A DNA stretch of 64,000 bases, taken from Okamejei kenojei (lineage: Eukaryota). The notes beneath the pieces are model-generated. The model worked only from the letters and a program-made list of their open reading frames with translations, was not told the origin of the DNA and did no database searches. Made by a program: the position numbers and the translations under genes. The DNA lies in the NCBI GenBank assembly GCA_035221665.1, contig CM069161.1, positions 3,720,001 to 3,784,000 on the forward strand, given 5' to 3'. Below are positions 25,244-38,402 of this stretch, in pieces. Within the stretch, counting starts at the first letter, position 1; the number at the start of each line of letters is the position of its first letter.

Positions 25244-25681
25244 GTATTTCAAGCTGACACTCCCAGGCAAGATCAGAATGGTGGAACACTAACACACCTT
25301 CCATTCGGGGGAGGGGCGGAGGGAGTGAAAACCGAAAAAGAAAGACTATTTGGAGAAATGCTTACACTATGAAATCATACAATCTTTCACTGAGTAGCCC
25401 CAAGTAAAATTAACCAAATGGGCTGAGTAAACTTATGGTTAGAATAACTCTACCCTCCTAAAGCAAATGTAATAGTTTGTATAACCAATCCAAATACATG
25501 CATTTGAAATGGCAAGTGTTATCGGGAATGTTAAACCGTTTTCTGTCCAATCACTCTATAGTGGAGAGCAAATTAAATTATAGGTTAGTCAATGCTAAAC
25601 TGGAATTCTCAGGAGTTTGAGGATGATTAATCTGGAATGGGGAACTTCACATCTAGTTCAATGGACAAACCAATGGTCACA

Positions 25682-26250
25682 TTAGAGCCCTGGTGAGATC
25701 ACACCTGGAGTATTGTGTGCAGTTTTGGTCCCCTAATTTGAGGAAGGACATTCTTGCTATTGAGGGAGTGCAGCATAGGTTTACACCGTTCATTCCCGGG
25801 ATGGCGGGACTGTCATATGCTGAGAGAATGGAGCGGCTGGGCTTGTACACTCTGGAGTTTAGAAGGATGAGAGGGAATCTCATTGAAACATATAAGATTG
25901 TTAAGGGCTTGGACACGCTAGAGGCAGGAAACATGTTCACGATGTTGGGGGAGTCCAGAACCAGGAGCCACAGTTTAAGAATAAGGAGTAAGCCATTTAG
26001 AACGGAGACGAGGAAACACTTTTTCTCACAGAGAGTGGTGAGTCTGTGGAATTCTCTGCCTCAGAGGGCAGTGGAGGCAGGTTCTCTGGATACTTTCAAG
26101 CGAGAGCTAGATAGGGCTCTTAAAAATAGCAGAGTCAGGGGAGAAGGCAGGAACAGGGTACTGATTGGGGATGATCAGCCATGATCACAGTGAATGGCGG
26201 TGCTGGCTCGAAGGGCCGAATGGCCTACTCTTGCTTGGATTGTCTATTAG
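25682..26250 (+). mobile_element. CR1-clade LINE (HER1-like) 3' fragment
   Basis: ORF 25693-26184 RSHLEYCVQFWSP...EGVQHRFT...LGLYTLEFRRMRGNLIETYKI...FFSQRVVSLWNSLP is the CR1 ORF2 C-terminus, followed by the 3'UTR. Confidence 0.92.
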
Positions 26251-27217
26251 AACAGTTTGTTTTCATGCGTAGTTGCATTGAAATGGAGAATTGGAATTTG
26301 TTAGTCAGCGTCAACTTCGTTTAGTGCAAAACTCCGTGCACCGTTTTCCTCATTACCAAATTTAATGCCTCCATCGGCCTCTTGCTGCTGCATCAACAGC
26401 CCCGAATTTACCAGGCAAATACAAGTTTAAGAATCTTTTCTGTCTGGGATGGGGATGAGGAAGGGGTCCCTGATGAGTCGTGAATGCCCACAAAATGTTG
26501 GAGGATTTGTGCTCTTCAAATCCAGGGTCAGCTTCACTGTATGTGTAAAAAACATAGTGTGTGATGGGGGGAGGGGTGGGGTTGTTGCTGTGTTCGTGAA
26601 GCATATAGCTAAATCTTCAGAAAGTTGGGACGATGTTTCTAACCACGTTGTGATGACACTATTGAGATTGTGCTGTGGCTGCGTGTCCACTTACCTTCAG
26701 AGACCCATAAAGTGAACAAGTAAAACGACCGAGTTCTTCTGCAAGTAATGGTATTGACTTATCATTGTCATGTGTACTCGGATAAAGTAAGAAGCTTTAT
26801 CTAGTTACACTTCATACCATGCATGAGTGCAACCCCACTATTCCTCCAACTGGAAGTGCAGAATATAGTTTTACACCTACTGAGAACCCCAAAACAGGTG
26901 TTCTTGTCTGTTTCTATAAATATCCTAAACATCCTAATTTCCTTAGTTCTCTTTTAATTTAACCTTCCCCTCTCTTTACATCTATTTGGCCAATTGTACT
27001 CTTAATATACCGTGTTTCCTTCTTGATCATTTGTCTCCCTCTCCCTCCTTCATTCTAAGAAGCTCACTGGTTAACTGGTGGCAGACTGTAGTTTGCCAAA
27101 TTCATTAAGTTCCCCGTTATTTTGTTCTCTCCAGTGTGCCTTTGTTAGCTCAAATGTGACCATCTTGCAGTTCAATATCAATTAACCTAACGGTGAGGGG
27201 AAACTCCTTCCAGCAAT

Positions 27218-27572
27218 CGACACAAAATGCTGGTGTAACTCAGCAGGACAGGCAGCATCTCTGGAGAGAGGACATGGGCGTCATGTTGAGTCGAGTCGAG
27301 ACCCTTCTTCAGACTGAGAGTCAGGGGAAAAGGAAACAAGATATAGATGAAGTAGAGAGATATATAACAAATGAATGAACCATATGCAAAAAACAACAGT
27401 GATTTAGGGAACAGAGCATTTTTAGCTGTTTTCTATGTGAGAATGAGAAGCTGGTGAGACTTGCGTGGGGGAGGGGTGGAGAGAGAGGGAATGCAGGGGT
27501 TACTTGAAGTTAGGGAAATCAATATTTGTACCACTGGGTTGTAAGCTTCCCAAGCAAAATATGAGATGCAGC
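27218..27572 (-). mobile_element. Second Penelope-like 3' fragment
   Basis: Colinear with 7520-7875, including the end of the GIY-YIG ORF (gggaaatcaatat...ccactggg.tgtaagct.cccaagc) and the terminal pLTR sequence. Confidence 0.8.
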
Positions 27573-28112
27573 AACCTCATTCCAGCAACCTCTGGCATAG
27601 TATTTTTGTGATTGTACGGTAATGAAATAAAATCAAAACTGGCATCAGAATCTACACAATCATGACAGATTTACTGTGTGTCTGTTACCAAACACACCAC
27701 AATGAAATCTTCAAATGGACAAGTACCAAATTCCTCGAATCGTTTTATTTTCCATTGAATCTGTGTGACAGTAGCTAAATTCATTGGAGGGTGGTGCTAA
27801 TTTCGTTTCACTGACTTGTTTAATGCTACAATGGTAAAAAATTTCATTTTGGGAGGTCAACAAAAAATATCACCATATATACTTGGGTACTAGCAGTGGA
27901 ATCGGTGATAAGCAAGTCAACTGTGTATCTAGTTGACCATCTGCCACCCTGCATTGCACAAATCCACAATAAAGGGCACTGTTGACTAATCTTGCCAATT
28001 AATCTCTAACTACTAGTTTACAATAGGCCCGGCCTTGAGGTGAGGGAAAATTTTTTGGAAGTTATATGTCAATAGTCACCTGCTCCTCACAACCAAGTTG
28101 CATTTACCATAT

Positions 28113-28328
28113 GTGTAAGAAAGAACTGCAGATGCTGGTTTAAATCGAAGGTAGACACAAAATGCTGGAGTAACTCAGCGGGACAGGCAGCATTTCTGGA
28201 GAGAAGGATGTTTTGGGTCGAGAGCCTTCTTCAGTCTAAAAAAGGGTCTCGACCCGAAATATCACCCATTCCTTCTCTCCAGAGATGCTGCTGGTCCCAT
28301 TGAGTTACTCCAGCATTTTGTGTCTACC
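28113..28328 (-). mobile_element. Penelope-derived fold-back (palindromic) element with TSD
   Basis: Two inverted arms meet at cttcttcagtct. Flanked by tgcatttaccatat (28099-28112) and tgcttttaccatat (28329-28342). Confidence 0.85.
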
Positions 28329-29497
28329 TGCTTTTACCATATATTATATCTCAGATAATTCATTCACTGTATCAAAAATATTACTTTCAAAGGGAAAGCC
28401 ATCTAATTTGTATTTAAATGATTGGCATAAAACACACTGAACCACATAGGGAACTTGTTCCACAGACTGAGCACTTAATCTCCAATGGATGCATTGGTCC
28501 ATAGAATATTGTAGTATCGTTGTAGGGTTCAAATGTACTTGGATAATAAATTTGTTTAAGGATTAAGCTTGCTCTTCTCATCTTCTAATTGAATATATTT
28601 TCAATTCTGTTCAAATCATTTCATTTCCCTTCTCTAATCCTCAAACTCCCCCAGCCCAACAAACCTCAAAATCTTTGATTTTAACCAAATTTTAATTCTT
28701 GCACAACTTCTATTCCCTCCATCCATTATTGGTAAACATTTTTTCATCATCTAGATTCTAAACTCTGAGAAACCACCTCTTCATGCATTCCTTCCTCTTG
28801 CAAGTCTCTAGTTACACCTTTCAAGTTACACCTGAAACGTCACATACTCCTTTTCTCCAGAGATGCTGCCTGACCCTCTAAGTTACCCCAGCATTTTGTG
28901 TCTATCTGCTGTGCAAACCAGCATCTGCCGTTCTTTTCTACACATTCGTTTCTTGGCATTGGTGTTAATTTTTGGCTGCTTCCACTTTTGTGAGGTGCTT
29001 TTCCATATGCTCCTTCATTGAACATGACAGAAATGCAAAGGTCCATGTTCTTCAGAGATGCTGCTTGATCCTCTGAGTTATTCAAGCATTTTGTATCTTT
29101 CCTTGGTGCACCAACATCTGCAGTTCCTAGTTATTACATTTTGCTTGACCAAGATAGTCCCTGTACCTGCTTCATATGCCTCCGAACCTTTTCAGCCATG
29201 TGTCATGTACCACAATCTCTAGCACTCGTTCCATATTATACACTACCCTCTGTATGAAAACATTGCCACTCAGATCAATTTTAAATCTTTCCTATTTCAC
29301 CTTAAGCACCATGCTCAATACTCGAGTACTTAAACGAACGAGAAACAAAATTAATGTGTCAAGCTGAGTTTTCATTGGGACATGTACTGGTAAACTGTTC
29401 TTGAATTTGGCCTTGTTATATGGTTGGCTGAATCATAATTTTGTTTGTGGCAACATAAACAGAAATTGCCCCCACATACAAGTCTAAGATTTACTTT

Positions 29498-30050
29498 ACA
29501 TAGAAACATAGAAAATAGGTGCAGGAGCAGGCCATTCGGCCCTTCGAGCCTGCACCGCCATTCAATATGATCATGGCTGATCATTCAACTCAGTATCCCG
29601 TACCTGCCTTCTCTCCATACCCCCTGATCCCTTTAGCCACAAGGGCCACATCTAACTCCCTCTTAAATTTAGCCAATTAACTGGCCTCAACTACCTTCTG
29701 TGGCAGAGAATTCCACAGATTCGCCACTCTGTGTGAAAAATATTTTTCTCATCTTGGTCCTAAAAGACTTCCCCCTTATCCTTAAACAGTGACCCCGTGT
29801 TCTGGACTTCCCCAACATCGAGAATAATCTTCCTACATCTAGCCTGTCCAACCCCTTAAGAATTTTGTAAGTTTCTATAAGATTCCCCCTCAATCTTCTA
29901 AATTCTGGCGAGTACAAGCCGAGTCTATCCAGTCTTTCTTCATATGAAAGTCTTGCCGTCCCAGGAATCAGTCTGGTGAACCTGCTCTATACTCCCTCTA
30001 TGGCAAGAATGTCTTTCCTCAGATTAGGAGATCAAAACTGTACACAATAC
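29498..30050 (-). mobile_element. CR1-clade LINE 3' fragment
   Basis: ORF YSPEFRRLRGNLIETYKILKGLDRL; (catagaaa)n tail on the + strand. Confidence 0.92.
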
Positions 30051-33000
30051 TTTAGACTTGGTGCCATGATTATAATTGAGAAGGGATAAGAATAACAGAA
30101 TTTGATAATGCTACCACATTCTAGTCCATTTACTTTTCGTTAAGTCACGGATTCAAGTAAAGAGGAGTGGAAACCCATTTGTTTTATCTTTCAACATTAA
30201 ATTCACCCTACTGCGCCCAAGGGTATTCTTACTTGGAAAAGCACTTAAGATAGACAATAACTGAGATTTAAATGGAAATAGATGTCTTTTGATTTATTTT
30301 TAAACATCAAGTTTAGTTTCATAAAATAGAGTATGTAAAAATGTAGTTCAATTTTGAGTTAGCAATTAAAGACTAATGAAATTGAGTTTTTAAAAATTAA
30401 TGTAATTGTTTAAATCAAGGTTATCTGTGAAGAAGACAATTCCATCATTTATTTTCATGGTCACCAGTGCAATTGTCAACAAGTTTGAAACTTGGAGGTT
30501 TGTTTAGGGTCCTTTATTTAAAAAATTGAACAAACCTTTGCAAAGGAACAATTTCCATAATGCAGATTATTATCATAGGTGCAAAAACTACAAGGTAAAT
30601 CAAATAGAAATGTTGTTTGCCGACACTCAAACTATAAACCGTAGTCGGAAGTGAAATACTGGGATGGTCAGCTGACTCGTTTGGGGATTCTGAAAGAGGA
30701 TGAGGTAGTGTTGGAAAAACACTTCAACTTCAACAAACTGCATGATAGATATTGCATGTAGGTATTACATGTAGGTATTGGTTCTTAAGGTTTTAAAGGA
30801 TTATATAGAGCAATATATATTGGTGGCAGTCTTGCAAAGTTTGGATTGATAACAAATTCTTCCAAATTTATTGTAAACACAGTATATGATTACTGTTTAT
30901 GGTATGATGCATTGTAGTATGGTAACAGGATTTCAGACACGTAATGTTGGCCATGTTCTCTGTTGCCTCATTTGCAGTATCTGGCTTTAAAGCTACATCA
31001 ATTGGTTTTCAACAGATACAGTATCTATTTCAATAAAATTACATAGATTTTATTCCATACAAACTACCTCCTGCTTTTCTTTCACTCATTGTACCAACAT
31101 AATCCTTTGTTTCATTCTCCATGATCTATTTATTCAGTTTCCCAATACAGCCATCAATGCCATCCTTCTCAATCTGTCCACGTGGTTCTGAATGCCTCTG
31201 TATTAGCATGTGTAATATTAGAAGCAATAAAAACAAATCAAGTCAAACTCTCATAATATTGCATTCATTGAAAGAAGGCAGTGACACACTTTGCTTCTGC
31301 CATGCTGCAATTGCATGAATCCACAATAAGCAGCGCATTTAGTGAAGCAATTAATGCAATGTTGCATCAACCTGTTAGTTGTTTCAATGTTAGTGTCTCC
31401 CAATTTTCATTCTGGATGATGTTTGGTAGATTTGGAAACGATAATTCATTGAGATATATAAGAATGTAATGTAAACTATTTATATTTGCACAATTTACCT
31501 AAAGAAAGCAACCATATTACATAGATTTATAACATATAGTGTAGCTTTGGTACTTCTAGATGAACAGCCAAAAACTGGCATTTAGTTAGTGCTGTATCAC
31601 CTGAATTAATTGGATTGAAAATAACAACATACAACGCGATAAATTAAAAAAAATGACAATTATTTATATTTTACTAAATTGCCATTTTTAACTAATTCAG
31701 TCTGTACTAGTCATGCTATCAACTATCTGCGAATAATGGCATCGTTATCATTGAGTCAATATATTAAAGCATCATGGTTACCTTTTAGAGACGTATATCA
31801 ATAAATCCATTATTCCCAAATATTATCAAGTGAGATATTCAATATTAGAAATGTTGTATTTTAAGTAAGATTTGGATGACTAGAGGATCCAGATATATGT
31901 TTCTGAAGAAGAGGAGGGTGCCCTTCAGTCTGAAGAAGGGTCCCGACCCAAAAAGTCATCTATGCATTTCCTCCAGGAATGCTGCCTGACCCACTGAGTT
32001 ACTCCAGCATTAGGTGTCTTTCACTGACACACACAATCTGGTTATTAATGCATTGTTTTATGTGGGATATTTCCATGTGCAAACTATCTGCCCATCTCTG
32101 ATATTATGTTAGTGACTTCACTTCATAATCAAATCATTAATGTTGGCATTCTGTGTGAGTTTCTATATATGCCCAAATTAGTTTGAGGAAGTTTTGATTC
32201 TGCTTAAAACAATGTTGATATGCTCCAAACAGTTACACTAGCCATGTTAAGAATGAGTAAACTAACCTCCACATCAACACAATCACAGTATTAGGTTACT
32301 TGGATGAAATACTGTGTATCTTCATAGATTTATCCAATAAAGTCATATTAAATATATGTGGTGTTGTAAAATATAAGGCTTCACTGCCACACGGTATACG
32401 TTTGAACAAAACTATTGAAGGAATTTTTGGAAACACTGAGGAGAGAGTAAATTGAAAATCAGTGCAGGATTCTCTTTGCAGATAGCGTTCCAAACAAAAC
32501 AAAACACAAGGAGCTTAGGGTGCTGAAATAATTTCCATACCTTTGCCAGAATGTGCAATTGAAAGGCTTTGGGTGGGGACCTATATCAAGATTTTTATCA
32601 CCAAAATTGGTGAGCTATCTACACAAAGGGAAAATAATCTCTAAGGTAATAATGAGCTGAAATATCATATCAGCAGGCCCTTTTCAATTACATTGGTTTC
32701 CACACACCTGACTACCCCAGTTGAGTTTACTAATTATCACCACATTTCTTTCATTGCTTGGCTCCCTACCAAAATATGTGTCAGTTGTAGGAACATTCTG
32801 GTTGATGACATCTCGCTTTCCATCTGCCTCTGCACATTGCATATCTCCTGCATTTTCAGCCGCCTAAGGCCATTTTTGATTAAATTGATATGCAGAGAGC
32901 ACGGGATGAACTGGTGACTTCTTGCAGACAGATCAACAAGTGATAAATATGTTCCTGTTTCTTGAGTTGCTGTAGAAGCTAATGATAATCTCCCTCCGTT

Positions 33001-33162
33001 GATTCAGGTCATGGGTTAAAAGCCCACCCAGACACAACTAATCGTAGAGAACTGCAGAAGAGCTCTCTATGGGTGAGACATTTGACCCAGGTCCTCTTAG
33101 ATTAACTAACAAAATCCCATGGTAGAATTCTGAAGAATTTCTCCCAACATCCCACCCAATAT

Positions 33163-33298
33163 TCAGTCTGAAGAAGGGTCTCGGTCCAAAATGCCACCCA
33201 TTCCTTCTCTCCAGAGATGCTGCCTGTCCCTCTGAGTTACTCCAGCATTTTGTGTCTACCTTTGATTTAAACCAGCATCTGCAGTTCTTTCCTACACA
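33163..33298 (+). mobile_element. Solo Penelope pLTR arm with tail, inserted in an old Deu-SINE
   Basis: tcagtctgaagaagggtctc...tttaaaccagcatctgcagttctttcctacaca. Confidence 0.82.
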
Positions 33299-33409
33299 TT
33301 ACTCGAGAAAACCCAGATTGTCATATTTATGACATTGCAGGCCACAAGAGAATGCAGGGCATTCATGTGTTATAGCAGTAAGAATACCTCCGTGCATTCT
33401 TAATTAACA

Positions 33410-33688
33410 GGGTGGCACAGCGGTCCAACGGTAGAGACGCAGGTTCAATCCTGAACTATGGCTGCTGTCGTAACTGAGTTTGTATGTTCTCCCTGTGACC
33501 GCATGCGATTTCTCCAGGTACTCCAATTTCCTACCACATCCCAAAGATGTGCAGGTTTCTAGGTTGATTGGCTTCTGTAAATTGTCCCTAGTGTTATAGG
33601 ATAGAACAAGTGTACGGGTGATTCTTGGTCGGCATGGACTAGGTGGGCCAAAGGCTCTTATTTCCACGCTATATCTCTAAACTCTATA
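33410..33688 (+). mobile_element. HE1-like V-SINE
   Basis: ggtggcacagcgg...ggttcaatcc...gagtttgtatgttctccctgtgacc...tatctctaaact. Older copies lie at ~51785-52070 and ~63370-63650. Confidence 0.83.
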
Positions 33689-35399
33689 AATACAGTTTAA
33701 AATTTCCAAAGAACATGAATGGCACTTTGTAATTAAAAGTCTTTCTTTCCCACAACAAGAGTCATTCCTGCTATATTGCCAAGTGTAAAATTGATCCATT
33801 TTGGCTTCATAAATGTGAGGTTTGATTGCAATTGCTGAATATTTAGGACTTGTCAGATCTTGGCCAAGGAGATATAGGGCTAAATGTGCCGGCTCTGGCT
33901 TGGATTCAGCTACTCCTGAGTATCAAGTCTCGGACATTTGAGAACCTATTCCAAGTCTAGGAAATGAAGAATGCTGTGGTGGATTATTGGATTTCATATT
34001 ACGATTTGTTGTGTAAAATTATAATATGGTGGTCTAAAACTTGGATTCATATACAACTGTAATTTTATCTATTACTACACTAAGTAGGGTGTATAAACAT
34101 GTTGGTTTTGAGATAAAGCCATGGGAAACCAATTACAAATGCTTAAAGAATTTAGATGAGGTTTCTTCTTCAGCTATTTTAATAATGCTTTAGATCCCTT
34201 TATTTAAAATATGTTAATGCCTAAGGCAAAACTGGAGGCATAGATCTGGAACACAATTTTGTAACTCCCACAATGCAGCATGTGATGTGATATGCATTTG
34301 GTAAATAGTTTTATAGTTTTTTGGAATACATCTCAATTTATGCAATTTGTATATAATTTCTTAAATCTGCATTGTATGGTGGATTTCTACTCTGAACAAA
34401 TTGGTTGTATCATGCAACATTAGTCTTTTTGACTGAGTGCTCTCGGCAACAAGCTCCAGTGCCTATGCAGCAGTCTCATATACACAGGATGAATGGAAAT
34501 TCATAGCAAGCTCATCCTTAGTGTTACAATAGATTTTCCAAACACAACCCCTCTGAACACTCAATATATTTAAAACTTGTCTGCCCTTGTGCTATTAGTG
34601 AGGCAGGAGAGCTGCCATTGAGCCAGAAATGACAACTTGTCCACACCAACCAACAAGTCTCAGCTATACTAGTCGCACCTGCCTGCATTTGGCCTATATC
34701 CCTCTAGATCTGTCTAGTTACATGTAAAGCAATGTAAAACACAATGCTTGCTGTGCATTAGAAATTGGTGATCATTCAAGGCTTACCTGCCCTTCCTTCC
34801 TACAAGTCCCATGGTGATATCCTAGTTTTGTTGCTGTCTCTTCCATTCAATCTTTTGCATTTCCTCAAAATGGTTTAGTTCAACTGTCATTTATTAAGCG
34901 TTTGTCCCTATTTTCAGTAAATGGTGGTGTCTTATACTAGATTATAATGCCATATTTTTAATTATTCCTGGTGCCACCTTGATCTTTATTTATAAAAAGA
35001 AACTGTTGCTTCTGCAAAGTTTAAGATATGTAGCTAACTAAGAGATTTTGAGATTTTGTTGAACGTTGGGGTTTCTCATTTGGCGAACTAGGAATGGCAG
35101 AAAAAAATGAAGTGGTGAAACTTCTCCTGTCTCTTAAGTCCAGACCCTACTACCCAAGATCCACACAGAAAAACACCACACAAAGACTCAAATCTCAGTC
35201 AGCGGATTTATAAGCGCCTTGGATGGGAAACAGAAACACTGTTGTGGTTGGGACTTATGGGGCTAATAGCAGTATAGAAAGTAACATGGAGATTCAATGC
35301 AGATTTGTCCTACAATGAGAAAATTAATCACGCACTCTTCAGGACTTTCCGTTCCAAGCCCATGAGAAGCCAAGCAGGGTGTGGGGATCATTATCTGGT

Positions 35400-35812
35400 G
35401 AGGAAACCTTAAGCAGACTGAGCCCGTCTGCAGTCTCAACTTTAAAAGAATGAGAGGTGATGACATTGAAACAAAGACATTCTTATGGACTTAAGAGGGT
35501 GGATGCTGGGATGGCGTTTCCATGGCTGGGGTTTCCGAAACCAGTTACAAAAGAAGGAGATTAGGACTTAGACAAACACTTTCTTCATCCAGAAGAAGGT
35601 TAGTCTTTGAAATTATCTACCCAAGATGGTTGTGGGGAAAGACATTTGCTGAGTATATTCAATTCAGAGATTGATAGATTTTTGGATAGTGAGTAAAGTT
35701 ATGGGGTTAGGACAGGGAAGTAATGCTCAGTTAAATGATTAGCCATGATCTCATTGAGAACAGGAGCAGGTAAGAGGCCAAATGGCCTACTCCTACTTCA
35801 GTCTATTTTTAT
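35400..35812 (+). mobile_element. Diverged CR1-clade LINE 3' fragment
   Basis: agaatgagaggtgatgacattgaaaca ... agccatgatctcattga ... aatggcctactcct. Confidence 0.7.
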
Positions 35813-38059
35813 GTTAATACATGAATGCCACACATCCACCCTCTGGTGTAAAGTTCTCCTATATCCAGCGCAAACAGCTTTCAGTACAAAATACAACAAG
35901 AATCACTCCACACCCTGTGACTGCGAAATTTGATTGTGCAGGTCAGTTTATTTCAGCACTATACCACTGATAATGTATTATGGATGAATTGTGGCACAGT
36001 TATTATTATCTCCTGGTATTCCCAACACAAATCATCTAATTCAGGATCTGATGTACATCAGGGGGGTTTTGGAGCATTGTGGGGTAATGGGTGCATGTAG
36101 GCCTGGGAGCAACTGAAACTGGCCTTTCTCAAAAGTTGTGATGAACTGGATGGACCAGGACTGTAATAAACGATGTTATGAGCTTAAGTGGTGCTTCTTG
36201 TGTACTGCCTTAGTCATGTCTACTATTCTTACTCTTGCACTTTGTTACAATTATGCCCATGTGGAGTAGGATTTTACTGAATTGTATGCAGGAAACAAGA
36301 ATTTCATTCTCCTAGGCACATGTGACTAAAAAGTACCAATGAACAATTGAGGATTCGGGAAAAACGAAGGGAGGCATAGCAAGGAAGCCAGGAGACAGTT
36401 GACAGCAGACAATAGAAAACACTGCATAAAAGTAAGAGCATGGCTGTCAACATCGTTGTAAATTCAAGCCTCCATTTGCAGCTGCACCATCACTTAATCA
36501 AAGAATTGTTTGCTACTTTTGTATATGGTCACAAAGAGCGACTGTTTGATGAAGGATTGCACCTTAGTAGTTTCATAATGTGTCTGTTAATGCTCCCGGA
36601 AGGTTGTGGCATTCATTTTCTTTCTTGTTTTGTTTGTTTACAACTTTCTGTGATGACCTGTTAAACAGATAAATACTACATTATAAAGCGTGATACTCAT
36701 TGGCCTGTCAACTCTGCTTACAACATTTCTTAAAATCAATGATCAAATATTTGACCACAGCTCCTCAACGCAGTCCTTTGGCTTGCCATCATTTGTTTTA
36801 ATGTGCTTCTTTAAAGGTTAATTGAAGTTGCCATCAGGTATTATTTTTTTTATTGGTAAAGGGGATATCATGGATTAGAATATTTCCATTATTTTCAGAT
36901 TCTAGATTTAAACACAGCCTAGAATGAATGGTTAAAATTTCCCTGCCAGCCAGCTGTTGGAGTTTCTTCAAATATATGTTTGAGCAGGCATGTTTAATTT
37001 TCTAGAAAGGTATCAAATAGGCCCCTCATTCTCTCTGAATTACTGACCCCACCTAATGGAATGAAAATTGATCACTTTTTATGGAAATTATAACTCTGGC
37101 ACTGTGTAGATTACCTCAATTGATTGCGGTCAGGCTATATTTTTGAGCTGGAATTTAATTTCCATCTAACCTTTACACTGGGATCATTGCTGCTAATATG
37201 GGATGCTAGCAATAAATATGTGACAGAAAATTACAATCTTTTAGCTGTTGAATCATCATTCTGGGATGATCTACAACAAATCTGAAACTTATCTAGACCA
37301 CAGCTAACTTTCATGTGGCTATGAGACGAGGTGAAAGGTCCTGAAACAAATAATTAACCTTCTGACTTTTCAAAGCATTTAAAAAAGAACAAGTCGGAAC
37401 GGTGAAAGAAAAAGTCTCTAGTTGCTTGGATGAGAGCTGAAGCAGCAATACACAAGCAGTGGAGCAATCCTGGATAATGCAATCTATTTAACTGGGCTCA
37501 AACCTCACACTCCGTATATTTACACCTTCCACCACTTGCTCACTACAGCTATTACATACCAGCTACAAAATGCACAGCAGTAATTCACAAACGCTTCCAT
37601 GGCAGTACCTTCCAAACTCCAGTCTCTGTCACCTAGAAACACAGGAGTAGGGGGCACATATATTGTCTTTCTGCTGACTGGTTAGCACGCAACAAAAACT
37701 TTTCACTGCACCTTAGTAAATGTGATAATAAACTAAACACAAGGAAACACTAGTATCTGTCAGTATCCCTGCTTACCACACACCATCATGGGAAGTTCAT
37801 AACCATTCCGTCTTGATTCCATCCTCCCTAATATTACTAGGGAATTACCATCAGAGCTGAAAGAGTTCAAGGTCGCATTTCCCAATCATCTTCCCATAGC
37901 AATTAAATGCTGGATTTCCATACCTCTGAAGCAACAAAATATCAAAATAATAGTGAAAATTAATATTGTGCATAAAGGAAAAAGGAGCAAAGTAAGAACT
38001 ATATACTTTATTCTAATATAAATATGCTTTAATTCTAAAACATTTTCAGCTACACAATC

Positions 38060-38402
38060 TAGAGTCATAGTTCTAGAGTGATACAGTGTGGAAACAGGCC
38101 CTTCAGCACAACTTGCCCACACCGGCCAACATGTCCCAGATACACTAGTCCCACCTACCTGCTCTTGGTCCACATCCCTCCAAACCTGCACTATCCATGT
38201 ACCTCTCTAACAGTTTCTTAAATGTTGGGATAGTCCAAGCTTCAACTACCTCATCTTGCAACTTGTTCCATACACCCATCACCCTTTGTGTGGAAAAAGT
38301 TACCTCTCAGATTCCTATTACATCTTTCCCCCTTCTCCTTGAACCTACGTCCTCTGGTCCTCGGTTCCCCTACTCTGGGCAAGAGACTCTGTGCATCTAC
38401 CA
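38060..38402 (-). mobile_element. CR1 subfamily B 3' fragment
   Basis: Reverse complement of the same family as 18014-18249. Confidence 0.87.

Noticed and set aside
28113-28328. Interpretation of the palindromic elements as MITEs or pre-miRNAs
   Set aside because: Variable 12-14 bp TSDs, asymmetric ends and continuity with Penelope GIY-YIG fragments point to a retroelement origin.
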